A stretch of DNA of 64,000 nucleotides from Candidatus Atabeyarchaeum deiterrae (GCA_037310415.1 CP147780.1:2208001-2272000), one strand, 5' to 3'. Numbered from the stretch's first letter, positions 50,327-61,500 are shown. The notes: generated by a model not told the origin, from the sequence alone. Numbers and translations: made by a program.

Positions 50327-51319
50327 ATGCGGACAATGCACGTGAAGATCTTAGTTGTAATCATAGGAATAGCTCTAGCTTCATTCGCAACACTGCAGGT
50401 ATCGAACGCTCCAGCAGGAGCTGCCGCTAGTCCTGGGCAGGCAATAGTCGCTGATCACACAATCGTGAACATGGTTCGGCTCGACCAGGTTCCTGAATCT
50501 GCGATAATTAATGCCAAGAATGCACTTCATGTTGCTTATGGGCACACCTCTCATGGATCTCAGATAATAACTGGGATGGATGATTTACCCTCGTTCAAAG
50601 AAAGCAGAGGCGGAACACCTGGACTCTACAGTTGGAATACTGGAGGTACAGGGGGTGCCCTTGACATTGATGACTACTTCGCACCCGGTGATCTGGGGAA
50701 TCCGGACAGAACGACATGGGCCCAAGAGACGAGAGACTACCTAAATGATCCAGCCCACTCCAGCTGCAACGTGGTAATGTGGTCGTGGTGTGGGGAAGTG
50801 TCGGACGCTACCCAAGATGACATAAACACCTATCTTGCTCTCATGAGTTCACTTGAACACGACTACCCGACTGTGATATTCATCTATATGACTGGACACA
50901 CTGATGGCACCGGTCTGGCAGGCAATCTACATATCCGCAACAACCAGATACGCGACTACTGCGCTGCAAATGGCAAAATCCTCTTTGATTTCGAAGACAT
51001 AGAGTCGTATAACCCAGATGGAACCTACTTTGGAGGCCAAAATGTAGCCGACAGCTGCGACTACACCGGAGGAAACTGGGCTATCGAATGGCAGAACGCT
51101 CACCCTGGCGAATGGTACAATTGCGACTCAGCTCATAGCCAGCCCCTGAACGCTAATCTGAAAGCTTATGCAGCATGGTGGATGTGGGCCAGACTCGCGG
51201 GATGGCAGGCTAACAATGGTGACTATTTGACGGTCCTCGCCGTCATAGCTGGCGCGACAGTGACAGCAATCGCTGTGGCAGCCGCGGCAATCCATGTGAG
51301 AAGAAAAAGGCAGCCATGA
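50327..51319 (+). CDS. Secreted, C-terminally anchored SGNH-like hydrolase-fold protein
   Basis: Signal peptide; YGHTSHGSQ, WSWCG, LFDFEDIES, AHSQ; C-terminal TM plus RRKR. Confidence 0.65.
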   Translation: MRTMHVKILVVIIGIALASFATLQVSNAPAGAAASPGQAIVADHTIVNMVRLDQVPESAIINAKNALHVAYGHTSHGSQIITGMDDLPSFKESRGGTPGLYSWNTGGTGGALDIDDYFAPGDLGNPDRTTWAQETRDYLNDPAHSSCNVVMWSWCGEVSDATQDDINTYLALMSSLEHDYPTVIFIYMTGHTDGTGLAGNLHIRNNQIRDYCAANGKILFDFEDIESYNPDGTYFGGQNVADSCDYTGGNWAIEWQNAHPGEWYNCDSAHSQPLNANLKAYAAWWMWARLAGWQANNGDYLTVLAVIAGATVTAIAVAAAAIHVRRKRQP

Positions 51320-51504
51320 TGTCGCATCCTAATCGGTCGCCTACTTTTTTGGATATCACTCGGCGGCATTCCCTGTGGCGTATCTTTGACTCTGTTCACC
51401 TTGTTGTCACAATCGGCATTGAGGCGCGCAGACATTAGATAAATAAATAGTTGAGAGAGAACGAAGAGACGAAGTCAACTCTTCTTCATTCCTCTCTTAA
51501 TGGT

Positions 51505-52776
51505 TCATCTGCCCTTGACTCCTCTAGCTTCAAGCGTGGACCTTCTGACTCCTGCTACGACAATAACCAGTCCAAAGAACACGATTATCATGGCGCCAAG
51601 CATAGTCAACGGAAGCCCTCCAACAGCCCACAAGTAGCCCGACATAAAGTTAGCTATGACATAGTTGAAGTTCAAGATGCCCTGGAACACTGACAATTCC
51701 GTCCCCGTCTCACCCGTCGGCGACAAGTCCGTGATCAGAGTCAAATATGTTGGTGTCGACAACCCCATGCCCAAACCGAACAATCCAATGAAAACAATGA
51801 GTGCAACTAGGCTTTGCATGAAGACCAGGTAGGGAGTTAGGAAGAGGAAGAACAGCGGAACAATGGTGACAATGAGACTTGCGACTAACAATCCCCTCTT
51901 GATTTTCAGTCGATCCATCACTTGCGAGGATATCACGTATCCAATCATCACAAAGACCAACATGATTCCCAATGGAATAGCGGAATCTACGGTTCCAAGC
52001 CCATATGAGGAACTCAGCAATGCCAGAATGATGAACTGTATCATTATGCCAGGGGTAGTAGCCAGCATTCCTGAGACCGAAAGAACCAACAGTGGTCTGT
52101 CGCGAATTACCTCTCTCCAAGTCCTCAGTTTTCCGACTTTGGCTGGTTTTGAATCCTTGGCTTTAGTATCTGGGCGAGCACGTCCGGCAATGAACAGAAG
52201 TGGGACAACTGCAATCAGCTGAATGGCAGCGACCAGTGTGAAAGTGTTAAATAGGCCGACAGAATCGAACATTGCCCCGATCACAACCACGGCAAAGACG
52301 TTGGCCACTGTCAGAGCCGCTGTAAGACCTGACATGATTGTGCCCCGGTTCTTCTCAGAGCTCTGATCCGCAACCCAAGCCAGAAGCGCAACCCAGGATG
52401 TGGCCGCGAACACCATCCTAACTGTTCCGACGAGAATCAATATCCAGAAAGTGTCGTAGAACGCTATTAGTTCGTATGCAAAGTAAGAGACAGCCAGACC
52501 AAGAAAGGACACTATCACTATTGGTTTTCTACCTATCCTGTCGGCGATTCTGCCTGACGGTAGCATGGCAATGGCATTAACGAGTGCGGCCCATCCGAGT
52601 ATTAGACCGATCTGAATGTAGTCGGTGTTGAGCACAGTTATCTGACTTAATGGGAGGGTCGAACCTTTGGGAACTTTGAAGAGCCAGTCAAGTCCGTAGG
52701 TAAGGACGCCCCATATGATGCCAAGAGTGATGAGTACTGCGAGTTTACCTTTGCCCATTCTTCTGTGAACCTCCAT
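51505..52776 (-). CDS. MFS transporter
   Basis: About 12 TM; GRIADRIGRK motif A. Confidence 0.9.
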   Translation of the reverse strand: MEVHRRMGKGKLAVLITLGIIWGVLTYGLDWLFKVPKGSTLPLSQITVLNTDYIQIGLILGWAALVNAIAMLPSGRIADRIGRKPIVIVSFLGLAVSYFAYELIAFYDTFWILILVGTVRMVFAATSWVALLAWVADQSSEKNRGTIMSGLTAALTVANVFAVVVIGAMFDSVGLFNTFTLVAAIQLIAVVPLLFIAGRARPDTKAKDSKPAKVGKLRTWREVIRDRPLLVLSVSGMLATTPGIMIQFIILALLSSSYGLGTVDSAIPLGIMLVFVMIGYVISSQVMDRLKIKRGLLVASLIVTIVPLFFLFLTPYLVFMQSLVALIVFIGLFGLGMGLSTPTYLTLITDLSPTGETGTELSVFQGILNFNYVIANFMSGYLWAVGGLPLTMLGAMIIVFFGLVIVVAGVRRSTLEARGVKGR

Positions 52777-52875
52777 TTAGAACAGTTTATCGATCTTTTG
52801 CTCCACTAAACTCATTCGGGGGTTATTTTAGAGTTGTCGGGCTACCTTCCCTATTAACGTTTGCCACAAGAGAAT

Positions 52876-54009
52876 TCAAGGGCGGCTGGCTTTGCCTACT
52901 TTCAAAGCGACAATTTCCTGTCCCAAGAACTCGGCAGCAGACATGACGCGCTTGTCGTTTATTTTGGCGGCTTTGTAGACCTCGCCTGCCCTTTTCTGGA
53001 ATAGGGGGTCTCTCATTAAGTGATGGTCGTAGATCACTAGCTCGGTTCTATCAGCTTCTCGAATTATGCGGCAAACGTTGTCTATTGCTCTGGTCAGGTT
53101 CACTTTGTTCACGACAAAACCTAACAGGTATGTTGGGGGTCCATCGACGAACACAACATTCGGGTTTTCCCTGATGATCCAGTCGGCGTAGTCTTCAATG
53201 ACTGGCCCCTCAACGTCGGATGTATGAATAAGCTTCACACCTTTGTGCTCGATGAGAGTGGAGGAGACCCAGCCTAGCCTGTCATATTCTACTCCATGGA
53301 AGAACGGAGGAGAGAATCTGAGAACAGTGTTTCCGAACTCAACTTTTCTGCCATCCATGAATTTGAACTCCGTGTCACCGAACTTCATCTCCGAGATCCA
53401 TGGGTTTTTGGACCACATTCTGCACAGACTCGCAAACCATATTCTTCCTTTCTCTATGAACTCGTTTCTTCGCTCTTGGTAATCCTTGAAATCTTTTCCC
53501 ATTGCTAGTGGAATTGAATCCTCGGCGTCAAATGAGCAAGTTGGGTCTGCTTTGAACATAACTTTCTTGGCCTTATCTTCTCCGTTGAACTTTTTGAGTA
53601 TTTGACTGAAGAAGGCTCTTGCCCTAGCCCACTGGGAGAAATTAACGAACTTGTTTGGATCCTTGACGAAAATCTTCTTTCCTCTGTAGATTGCGGCAGA
53701 GTCAACGCTCTTTAGATCGAGACGACAAAAGTGATCATAATGGTAGTGCGAGATCACAATAACTTTTGCTTTGTGGGCTGCTCCGCTTATCTTCCTCAAT
53801 GCCCTGAGTCTGTAGAATGCTTTCTTGACTCTTGACATTGGAAAGCCGTGCTGCATCCCCGACGCACCTGGGTCAATGAGAACAGAGACATCAGGCGTTT
53901 CGACCAGGATCGAGCTAGATTTCGCTCCGAGGGAGTCATACCACAAGACTTCGAACTTCAGTTCCTCCTCGTTAGGAGTACTTGTTCTTCCAGTTTGCCG
54001 CCGAGGCAT
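52876..54009 (-). CDS. Metallo-beta-lactamase-fold hydrolase (UPF0282-like)
   Basis: DSLGAKS, LIDPG, ISHYHYDH, HTSDVEG, DGPPTY, DHHLMRD. Confidence 0.88.
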   Translation of the reverse strand: MPRRQTGRTSTPNEEELKFEVLWYDSLGAKSSSILVETPDVSVLIDPGASGMQHGFPMSRVKKAFYRLRALRKISGAAHKAKVIVISHYHYDHFCRLDLKSVDSAAIYRGKKIFVKDPNKFVNFSQWARARAFFSQILKKFNGEDKAKKVMFKADPTCSFDAEDSIPLAMGKDFKDYQERRNEFIEKGRIWFASLCRMWSKNPWISEMKFGDTEFKFMDGRKVEFGNTVLRFSPPFFHGVEYDRLGWVSSTLIEHKGVKLIHTSDVEGPVIEDYADWIIRENPNVVFVDGPPTYLLGFVVNKVNLTRAIDNVCRIIREADRTELVIYDHHLMRDPLFQKRAGEVYKAAKINDKRVMSAAEFLGQEIVALKVGKASRP

Positions 54010-54343
54010 TGAAAACTCTCCTTGACAAGCTAGTCTTATTGAAGGAGCAGATAAATCAATTGCTCAAGCAATCCAAAATCCAAGACATGAAGAACGACAA
54101 TTTGATATGCTAGCTATGCTATTGAAAGACCTATCAAGAATTCTGGAAGGCGTTCCACAGTGGACGAACTTAGAACAATCAACATAACCGAGTACCTTGA
54201 TGACATCTACTATAGATGGAAGGTAGAAGTAAAAGATTCAAATGGATATAGAGCATCTTGGTTTGATGATTGGCAGGATGTCCTAGAACAAGTCCAAACC
54301 GAACTCAAACCAGTGAAGACTGGTAGAACCAACCATCAGGAGA

Positions 54344-54901
54344 ATGCCAAGCAAGGTAAATACAGCATATAGAATTCAGGACAAAGCTACCCGCGCATCT
54401 GTCCCATTTTGGGCGGTAACCATGTTCATAACTGCTGTAACAGTCTTTTGGTTTATTCTGGCAGTTTCCGCCATACATGTGATAGAGGAGTATTCAGCAG
54501 GGTGGGTGAAATGGGTAAACAGGTCTGTAACACCCATTTCCGGAATCACAATGGGACAATTCTACGTCGTGAATGGCATCTTCATTTTCTTATGCACGTT
54601 GGCAGTAATCATAAATACGGTGTTCCCAATCTATAGTTTGTCTATCGCAGCGCTCCTGTTTATTAATGCCATAATTCACATTGGTGGAACTATCAAGTTC
54701 AAAGGGTATACCCCAGGTGTGGCATCTGCGATCATTCTGTATGTCCCCTTCTCACTTTGCACCTACTACTTGTATGTACAAGCTGAACTACTTACTTTGA
54801 TGACTTTTGTTTTGTCTCTTGCTCTTGGTGGTCTATGGATGACACTAGCAGTAGCATTTGCCCTTGTTCACAATCGACACCCAAGAAAACCAAAGAAGTG
54901 A
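54344..54901 (+). CDS. HXXEE-domain membrane protein
   Basis: HVIEEY, NAIIH, YTPG; about 5 TM. Confidence 0.8.
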   Translation: MPSKVNTAYRIQDKATRASVPFWAVTMFITAVTVFWFILAVSAIHVIEEYSAGWVKWVNRSVTPISGITMGQFYVVNGIFIFLCTLAVIINTVFPIYSLSIAALLFINAIIHIGGTIKFKGYTPGVASAIILYVPFSLCTYYLYVQAELLTLMTFVLSLALGGLWMTLAVAFALVHNRHPRKPKK

Positions 54902-54959
54902 GAACGGCACATCCTATTCTGGTTAACTGAGAATCTGATGAAGAAATGAAGATCTGATC

Positions 54960-56030
54960 TTAGACATTGACGGCTTTCCCAGTTGCGGCGGATTCATAGC
55001 ATGCCAGTATTATCTCAACGATTCTTCTGCCCTCTTCCCCTGAAACTGAGGGCGTCTTGTCTTGTAGGACGCAGTCAATGAAATGCTTGACCATGTAGTA
55101 GAACGTGTTCAGGAAGTTGGTGTCAAGTTCACCAGTTGTGAACCTCACCTGTTCACAGCCCATTCTCAGATCCTCTATGGTCTCATCGAGAATCCTCTCG
55201 TTGCAGTAGTTTTTCCACATGCCATCCTTGTAGAACATGAGCGGCGAACCAGGCAGGATCATGTCTTGGACCCCGTTGATCACGATCATTCCTTTGTCGC
55301 CAACTATCTCAGTTCTGTCATCCCACACTGCCGGTGGAGCTCCGACATTCGCGGTGATGGTGCCACAGCTCCCGTTTTGAAATTCGAGTGAGATGCACCC
55401 GACATCTTCAGACTTAAGGTGAGGGGATGTCTTGCCCAGAACACACGTCACACGTTTGACTTCACCCATCAAGTACCTTGAGACGTAGAACCTGTGGATG
55501 AATGCCTCCATCATCACGCCGCCAGCGATTTTCGGGTCTCCTCTCCATCCATGGGCAGGCCAACCGCCATGAAGTATTGACATTGAGACAACTGGTTTTC
55601 CGATTTCTTTCTCTATGAGTTGCTTGGCAACTTGGTGCGGAGGCCAGAAAAGCTGGTTATGTCCAACCATCAGTTTCACGTTATTCCTTTTTGCTGCGGC
55701 GATCATGTCGTCGCAATCTTCTATAGTCAGGGCCATGGGCTTCTCGGTGAGAAGATGTTTTCCAGCTTCGAGAGCGGCTACCCCGACTTCGTGGTGAAGA
55801 TTGGGAGTCAGGCACATGTTGACAACGTCTATTTCGCTATTCTTCAGAAGCATCCTGTAGTCGGTATAGACTTTCTTAGCCCCCCATCTCTCTGCCTTCA
55901 TCCTGGCATGTTTCTCGAAGATATCACATACCGCATCGATCCTGGCGCGTCCGTCCTTGAGGAAGCCTCGCACATGAGAGCTTGATATTGTTCCAGCACC
56001 TATCACTCCCACGTTTAGAAGTCTCACCAC
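54960..56030 (-). CDS. Gfo/Idh/MocA family oxidoreductase
   Basis: GVIGAG, GKHLLTEKP, GGVMMEAFIH. Confidence 0.9.
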   Translation of the reverse strand: MVRLLNVGVIGAGTISSSHVRGFLKDGRARIDAVCDIFEKHARMKAERWGAKKVYTDYRMLLKNSEIDVVNMCLTPNLHHEVGVAALEAGKHLLTEKPMALTIEDCDDMIAAAKRNNVKLMVGHNQLFWPPHQVAKQLIEKEIGKPVVSMSILHGGWPAHGWRGDPKIAGGVMMEAFIHRFYVSRYLMGEVKRVTCVLGKTSPHLKSEDVGCISLEFQNGSCGTITANVGAPPAVWDDRTEIVGDKGMIVINGVQDMILPGSPLMFYKDGMWKNYCNERILDETIEDLRMGCEQVRFTTGELDTNFLNTFYYMVKHFIDCVLQDKTPSVSGEEGRRIVEIILACYESAATGKAVNV

Positions 56031-56215
56031 GGTTGATCGCTCCAGGCATGACTGTGAATTGTGTTCTTCCTTCTCATAGCCTACCTCTTATTAAGATTAT
56101 GTTTGACAAAAAAGGACTAGAAGGAAGGAAGTATGCCTTTCAAGTTTGAAAGGTAGCGCTGCCCGAAATATCCTTGAAGAAATTCAAAACTAGAAAAGCA
56201 ATCTATAAATAGAAT

Positions 56216-57139
56216 GTGAACTCAACTAAGCTCATTATGCCTATTGATCCGTTCTGGTATTCCGTCGGTATAGTGTTGGCGCTTCTTGACGGTTTTCTAA
56301 ATAATATCGGGATTCTTTTCCAGAAAATGGCTATCAACAAGTTACCAGAAGGCAAGAAAGTAACAAAAGGCTTAGTGAAGAACAAGACGTGGCTTTTTGG
56401 GTTTTTTGTAAATGGCTATGCGCCTATGATATTTTCTATACCTGCCGGTCTTCTTATCGGTCAGGCGTTGCTTCCGGGATTGGAAGCGACAGGACTCATT
56501 TGGTTGGCACTAGCGTCTGTAAGGTTTCTCAAGGAGCGGCTAAGGGCTTCAGAGGTGATTGGGATATTTCTGATGGTTGCCGCGGCTTTCGCTCTCGCTT
56601 ACAGTGGATTGGGGTTCGAACCAAGCGATTATCAGTACTCAATAGGATCACCACTATTCATGAGAATCGTGGTCTTTACGGTGGTTGTTGCCTTGGGTTC
56701 GCTGGCCTGCTTCCTGCTACGAAGGGCCGGCGGGCGCAGGAAAGCCGTCCTCTATGCACTGGATTCAGGTTTGTTAACGGTGTTAAACAATTTCTACTTC
56801 TTTGTGATTTTGTCAATCGTTGCACACATTCTCACGGGGACCTTCGTGCTAACCGAGCTAGCCATGTTTGTCGTTTCAATAGCGATCACGCCGCCGTGCG
56901 AGATTCTGGGAATACATAGATTGCAAAAGGCATTTGAGTTTGGACAAGCTAGCAACATGAGACCTGTGCAGCAGGCGCCGATCCAAATAGGGGCGATTTT
57001 CTACTTCTTCTGGATCTATTTGCTTCTGCCGGTTTCAGGCTTGATCTCTGTTATCTTAGCTGCCACTGCTATTATTCTCATAATGACCAGCATGGTTCTC
57101 TTATCCAAGAGACAGGCGAGTCTAAGAGTTAAAGAGTAG
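56216..57139 (+). CDS. NIPA/DMT-superfamily membrane transporter
   Basis: N.GILFQK, W..GF, FLKERL motifs; about 9 TM. Confidence 0.65.
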   Translation: MNSTKLIMPIDPFWYSVGIVLALLDGFLNNIGILFQKMAINKLPEGKKVTKGLVKNKTWLFGFFVNGYAPMIFSIPAGLLIGQALLPGLEATGLIWLALASVRFLKERLRASEVIGIFLMVAAAFALAYSGLGFEPSDYQYSIGSPLFMRIVVFTVVVALGSLACFLLRRAGGRRKAVLYALDSGLLTVLNNFYFFVILSIVAHILTGTFVLTELAMFVVSIAITPPCEILGIHRLQKAFEFGQASNMRPVQQAPIQIGAIFYFFWIYLLLPVSGLISVILAATAIILIMTSMVLLSKRQASLRVKE

Positions 57140-57161
57140 CGAATCACGGAATCGATGCCAT

Positions 57162-58691
57162 ATGGCAGATAGGTTCAAGCTCGCATACATTGGCGCAGGT
57201 TCTTTTCGGTTCAGTCTCGGCTTTTTCAGGAATATTATTAATGCAACTGAATTACTTCCGATGGAAGTCGCGCTATGTGACATTGATGCGCACTCCCTCT
57301 CATTGATGACTAAGATCCTAAAACGAATGGTACCAACTGGTGCACGAAGGAGACACTACAAGGAATCAGATATTCTTGTCACGTCATCTACAGATCGGAC
57401 GGTAGTGCTGAAGAACGCTGATTTCGTTTACAAGAGTATTTCAGTTGGACTGCAGGCGGCCGAATGGTTTGATCTCTATTTGCCACTGAAGTTTGGGATT
57501 CCTCAGAACACGGGAGATACGGTTGGTCCAGGTGGGCTTTTCCGCGGATTGCGAAGCGCTCCAGTATGCGCTGCAATCGCGAAGGACATGAAGAAATTCT
57601 GCCCAAAGGCGCCACTATTGAACTACACAAACCCTGTTTCAAGTTGCACCTTAGCTGCTCGAACCGCTGCGCCTGATGTTCAATTCATAGGCCTTTGCCA
57701 TGAACTATTCGAGGGTATGAAGGTTCTGAGACGGTTCTACAACAAAAGAGTCCGGAAGCATATCAGGCACTGGAGAGATATGCACTTCGAATATGCTGGA
57801 GTGAATCATTTCGGATGGCTCACAAGAATCGAATACGATGGTGAGGATCTCTATCCAGTTCTGAGAAAGAACGCGCACCAACTCGTTCTCGACCGGTTCC
57901 ACGGCAGGGATGCTGCCAATGGCTTCAACTTCTACTTGTTAGAAAAGACTGGCTGTTTTCCATATCCTGGCGCACGTCATGTCGCTGAGTTTCTACCAGA
58001 CTATTACAATGCGTTCAACCACGAGAAAAGTGACCAATGCCCCTATTGGAGTTTTCCGCCAATAAGAAGCGTTTGGACGGTACACGCAGAGCGCCGTCTT
58101 GTCTATTCTGTGTTCCGCTTGTGGGCAAACAGGATGATTCCTGTCCTAGGTCCAAGGAAAGAAGGCGAATGGGCAATGGAGATGACTATGGACTGCCGCA
58201 GAAACCAACCTTCCGAATACGTGGTCAATATCCCAAACAACGGGACCGTGCCTGAACTACCATACGACAGTATCGTCGAGGTTCCCGGTTACTTCAGAGA
58301 TGGTGAGATGCGCCCTCTGAAAAAGATCCATGTTCCAAAGAAGGTTGCAGAATACCTTGCCCCACATTGCAAACAACAGCCTCTTACCGTGAGAGCTGCC
58401 TTGGGCAACGATCCTGATCTCGTCATCAAAGCCATGCTTCACGATCCCATGAACAATTGGATTGAAGATGATGAAAAGATCGAGTATCTCACAAGACTAA
58501 TGCTCTTTTACGAGCAGGAGTGGTTGCCAAAAGAGTGGAAAGAATGGATCCCAAAGAAAGAGGAACTCAAGAAGTCAGAATGCTGGGTTTCTCTAAGCGC
58601 GCTGTCGACAAACGGCAACGCATTCTTAGTGAAGAAGTTTCCTCCAAGGAAGGATCTACGATCAAAAGCGTTCTTTTGGCGTAACGAATGA
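57162..58691 (+). CDS. Glycoside hydrolase family 4 (NAD-dependent alpha-galactosidase/glucosidase-like)
   Basis: IGAGS, GDTVGPGG, LNYTNP, GLCHE, AGVNHFGW, VNIPNNG, VEVPG, HDP. Confidence 0.9.
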   Translation: MADRFKLAYIGAGSFRFSLGFFRNIINATELLPMEVALCDIDAHSLSLMTKILKRMVPTGARRRHYKESDILVTSSTDRTVVLKNADFVYKSISVGLQAAEWFDLYLPLKFGIPQNTGDTVGPGGLFRGLRSAPVCAAIAKDMKKFCPKAPLLNYTNPVSSCTLAARTAAPDVQFIGLCHELFEGMKVLRRFYNKRVRKHIRHWRDMHFEYAGVNHFGWLTRIEYDGEDLYPVLRKNAHQLVLDRFHGRDAANGFNFYLLEKTGCFPYPGARHVAEFLPDYYNAFNHEKSDQCPYWSFPPIRSVWTVHAERRLVYSVFRLWANRMIPVLGPRKEGEWAMEMTMDCRRNQPSEYVVNIPNNGTVPELPYDSIVEVPGYFRDGEMRPLKKIHVPKKVAEYLAPHCKQQPLTVRAALGNDPDLVIKAMLHDPMNNWIEDDEKIEYLTRLMLFYEQEWLPKEWKEWIPKKEELKKSECWVSLSALSTNGNAFLVKKFPPRKDLRSKAFFWRNE

Positions 58692-58719
58692 TGTTCTTGG
58701 GGACAGGGTGCACGGAGCA

Positions 58720-59004
58720 TTATAGTGCCTTAACAACTTCACTGAATTGTCTGACTGGTCTGACATCAACAGACACGCGACCGAAAAACTTCATCGCAGT
58801 TGTCGCGCTGTCTGCTTCTACAATGAAGATGCCCTTGTGGTCTTCCCCGGTAGACTTGGGACAACTGATGTAAGCGCTCATTACATTGACTCCGAGTCTT
58901 TTTGTCTTTATGTCTGAGTTGAGTCTCTTGAACATCTCCCTTCCCTCATGCGTTGTCTGAGGGCATTCAGATGCTAGATGCGTATGGGTTGCTACAAATA
59001 ACAC
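58720..59004 (-). CDS. Small ferredoxin-like-fold protein (DUF3303/GYD-like)
   Basis: MLFVATHTH..ECP...FIVEADS...VRPV; GGAGGT SD. Confidence 0.6.
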   Translation of the reverse strand: MLFVATHTHLASECPQTTHEGREMFKRLNSDIKTKRLGVNVMSAYISCPKSTGEDHKGIFIVEADSATTAMKFFGRVSVDVRPVRQFSEVVKAL

Positions 59005-59091
59005 GAATACCTCCCCTCCTAGACATTTAAGAGATAATTCTGAATCATGAATCAGATAGAGGAGTTGGTTACGACTCTTCTGGTTCCCCTT

Positions 59092-61500
59092 TCACTTCTC
59101 CTCTCTTCCTTCTTTTCCTGGGGCTTCTGGGAATTCTTTCAACCTATCAGCTAGGGCGCTCAAGCGTTTGTCGACCTTGTAGTTGACAGTTCCCGATTCG
59201 AATGTGCCGTCTTTTTGTCTTGCTCCAGCTTTGACTCCTGTCAGAAGTTCTATGCCTTGGTCGATTGTCTGCACGGGATATATGTGGAATTTCCCTTCTT
59301 TGACGGCTTTGACTACTTCTTCTTTTAGCATGAGGTTTTGTGCATTACTCTCTGGTATGAGTACTCCTTGTTTTCCATTGAGTCCTTTCGCCTTGCAGAC
59401 TTCGAAGTATCCTTCTATCTTTTCGTTTACTCCTCCGATTGCCTGGACTTCACCCTTCTGGTTAACTGACCCTGTGACTGCGAAGTGCTGTTTGATTGGG
59501 ACTCCTGATAGTGCAGAAAGCATGGCGTAGAGCTCTGTGCTAGATGCGCTGTCCCCTTCAACCATTCCGTAACTCTGTTCAAATACCAAGCGGCTTGATA
59601 GGCCAAGTGGCTTGTCTTGGGTGAATTTGTCAGTGAGGTATCCACTTAGAATCAACACTCCCTTGGTGTGAATGGGCCCACCCATTTTCGCTTCCCGCTG
59701 GATATCGATGATGCCCTCTTTTCCCAACCCCACACTGGCAGTGACCCGTGAGGGGGCACCAAACTCGAAGTCTCCTATACTCATTACTGATAGCCCGTTG
59801 GCTTGTCCAACTGCCTCTCCATCGGTGTTGATTAAGATGAAATTTCTCTCTATCATCTCGCGGATCTTCTCTTGAATGAGACTGGATCGGTAGAACCTTT
59901 CGTCGATCGCCTTCTTCACATGTTTGGCGTTGATGAATCCAGCCTTCTCCTGTGTGGCATAGTAACTAGCTTCCCTTATGATGTCAGCGATGTCGCCAAA
60001 CCTAGTCGAGAGTTTTCTCTGATCCTCGGCTAGTCGAGAACTGTAAGCAAGAAGTCCCTTCAAGCCAGAGGCATCAAGGTGCTTGAGCTTCTCCCTTTCG
60101 CAGACTCCACAGATGGATGCGGCGTACTTCTCCATGTTCTTGCTTGTGCGCTCCATTGTAGTATCGAATTCAGCTTTCACCTTGAACAGCTCCCTGAATT
60201 CCACGTCTAGCAAGTAGAGTTGCTGGTAGATCTCCGAGCCACCGATAAGTATAACTTTAACATCTAGAGGGATTGGATCTGGTCTCAAGCCCTTTGTCGT
60301 AACGTAGCCCAACTTCTCAGCTATTTCCTCTATGGCTAGGCGTTCATTCATGAGAGCTTTCTTCAGAGCATCGTACGATAGTGCATTGACGAGCAGATCC
60401 TCGGCCGGTAGCACCAGGTATCCACCATTCGCCTTGTGCATTGAACCTCCACGGATCAGGGTGAAGTCGGTCATGAGAATACCGAACTGTGCTTCCTTCT
60501 CAACTAAGCCAAAGAGGTTTTGATATGTCGGGTTCAATTCCAATACAACTGGGGCTCCCTTAAGGGTAGAGTTGTCCACTACAACGTTCACTTCATACTT
60601 CCTGAAAGGAAGCTCCTTCATCCATGGGATTGGAATTGGGGTCTGCGGAGTCTCTGGCTCCTTCAAGAATTGTATCGTGTTCTCAAGAATATCGTTTCGC
60701 ACTTCTTCTAAGTAAGCCTTTATGTCTGCAGCCGTTCCATATTTCTCAACAAGAGCATCAATTAGATGACCGATTGCGAAAATGGTCACTTCCTTATTGA
60801 GTTGCGCCACCTTCTCGGTTGCCTCTTTCTCCAGCGTCCTGACTTGTCTAAATGCAAGCCTCAGCTGGGAATCCAAGTCATCACCTCTCTTACGAATCTC
60901 GTCTTTAACTTGAGGGGGCAAAGCCATGAATTCCTCATCACTCAAGGGTTTGCCTTTGACGACTGGTATAGTGGCGATTCCAATCTGCGTCGTGCGAAGA
61001 GCAAAGCCTGCTTCCTGAGCTTTCGAGTTGAGCTCCTCAAGTAGCCTTCCCCTTTTTTCTTCAACGCTTTTGATAACGGCATCACGCCTTGTAGCATAAT
61101 CCTCGCTCTCGAAGGCTTTTGGTAATACGTTTCGAACACTTTCAATGAAGGATTTCATATCCTTTTTGAACTCTTTTCCCCGTCCCGGTGGTAGCTTTAT
61201 GACTCTTGACAGAAAAGGGTTATTGAAGTTATTCACGTAGCAATAATCAGAAGGGACAGGCTTGCTTTTGGCCATCTCTTCAAGAAAACTCTTCACAGCG
61301 GTTTTCCTACCTGACCCTGGCACACCTGCCACATAAATGTTAAAGCCACGTTCCTTGATGTTTAACCCGAATTTAAGAGCTTTCACAGCCCTCTCCTGGC
61401 CGACGATCTCCTCACTTGGGATCAATTCCTGAGTGGACTGACAACTCAGGGTCTCGGTGCCAAGTTCATTTCGTAGTTTCTCAGGCGGAAGTTCATTCAA
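59092..61500 (-). CDS. Lon-like (LonC/AAA_32-type) protease
   Basis: GQERA, GVPGSGRKT, HKANGGYL, FEQSYG.VEGDSAS (catalytic Ser), EKIEG (Lys); TTG start after AGGAGG. Confidence 0.9.
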   Translation of the reverse strand: MNELPPEKLRNELGTETLSCQSTQELIPSEEIVGQERAVKALKFGLNIKERGFNIYVAGVPGSGRKTAVKSFLEEMAKSKPVPSDYCYVNNFNNPFLSRVIKLPPGRGKEFKKDMKSFIESVRNVLPKAFESEDYATRRDAVIKSVEEKRGRLLEELNSKAQEAGFALRTTQIGIATIPVVKGKPLSDEEFMALPPQVKDEIRKRGDDLDSQLRLAFRQVRTLEKEATEKVAQLNKEVTIFAIGHLIDALVEKYGTAADIKAYLEEVRNDILENTIQFLKEPETPQTPIPIPWMKELPFRKYEVNVVVDNSTLKGAPVVLELNPTYQNLFGLVEKEAQFGILMTDFTLIRGGSMHKANGGYLVLPAEDLLVNALSYDALKKALMNERLAIEEIAEKLGYVTTKGLRPDPIPLDVKVILIGGSEIYQQLYLLDVEFRELFKVKAEFDTTMERTSKNMEKYAASICGVCEREKLKHLDASGLKGLLAYSSRLAEDQRKLSTRFGDIADIIREASYYATQEKAGFINAKHVKKAIDERFYRSSLIQEKIREMIERNFILINTDGEAVGQANGLSVMSIGDFEFGAPSRVTASVGLGKEGIIDIQREAKMGGPIHTKGVLILSGYLTDKFTQDKPLGLSSRLVFEQSYGMVEGDSASSTELYAMLSALSGVPIKQHFAVTGSVNQKGEVQAIGGVNEKIEGYFEVCKAKGLNGKQGVLIPESNAQNLMLKEEVVKAVKEGKFHIYPVQTIDQGIELLTGVKAGARQKDGTFESGTVNYKVDKRLSALADRLKEFPEAPGKEGREEK

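Noticed and set aside
54020-54372. Short ORFs upstream of the HXXEE gene (including 54160-54372)
   Set aside because: Fragmentary frames with no recognisable family and no BHB at the frame changes; possibly remnants, not supportable
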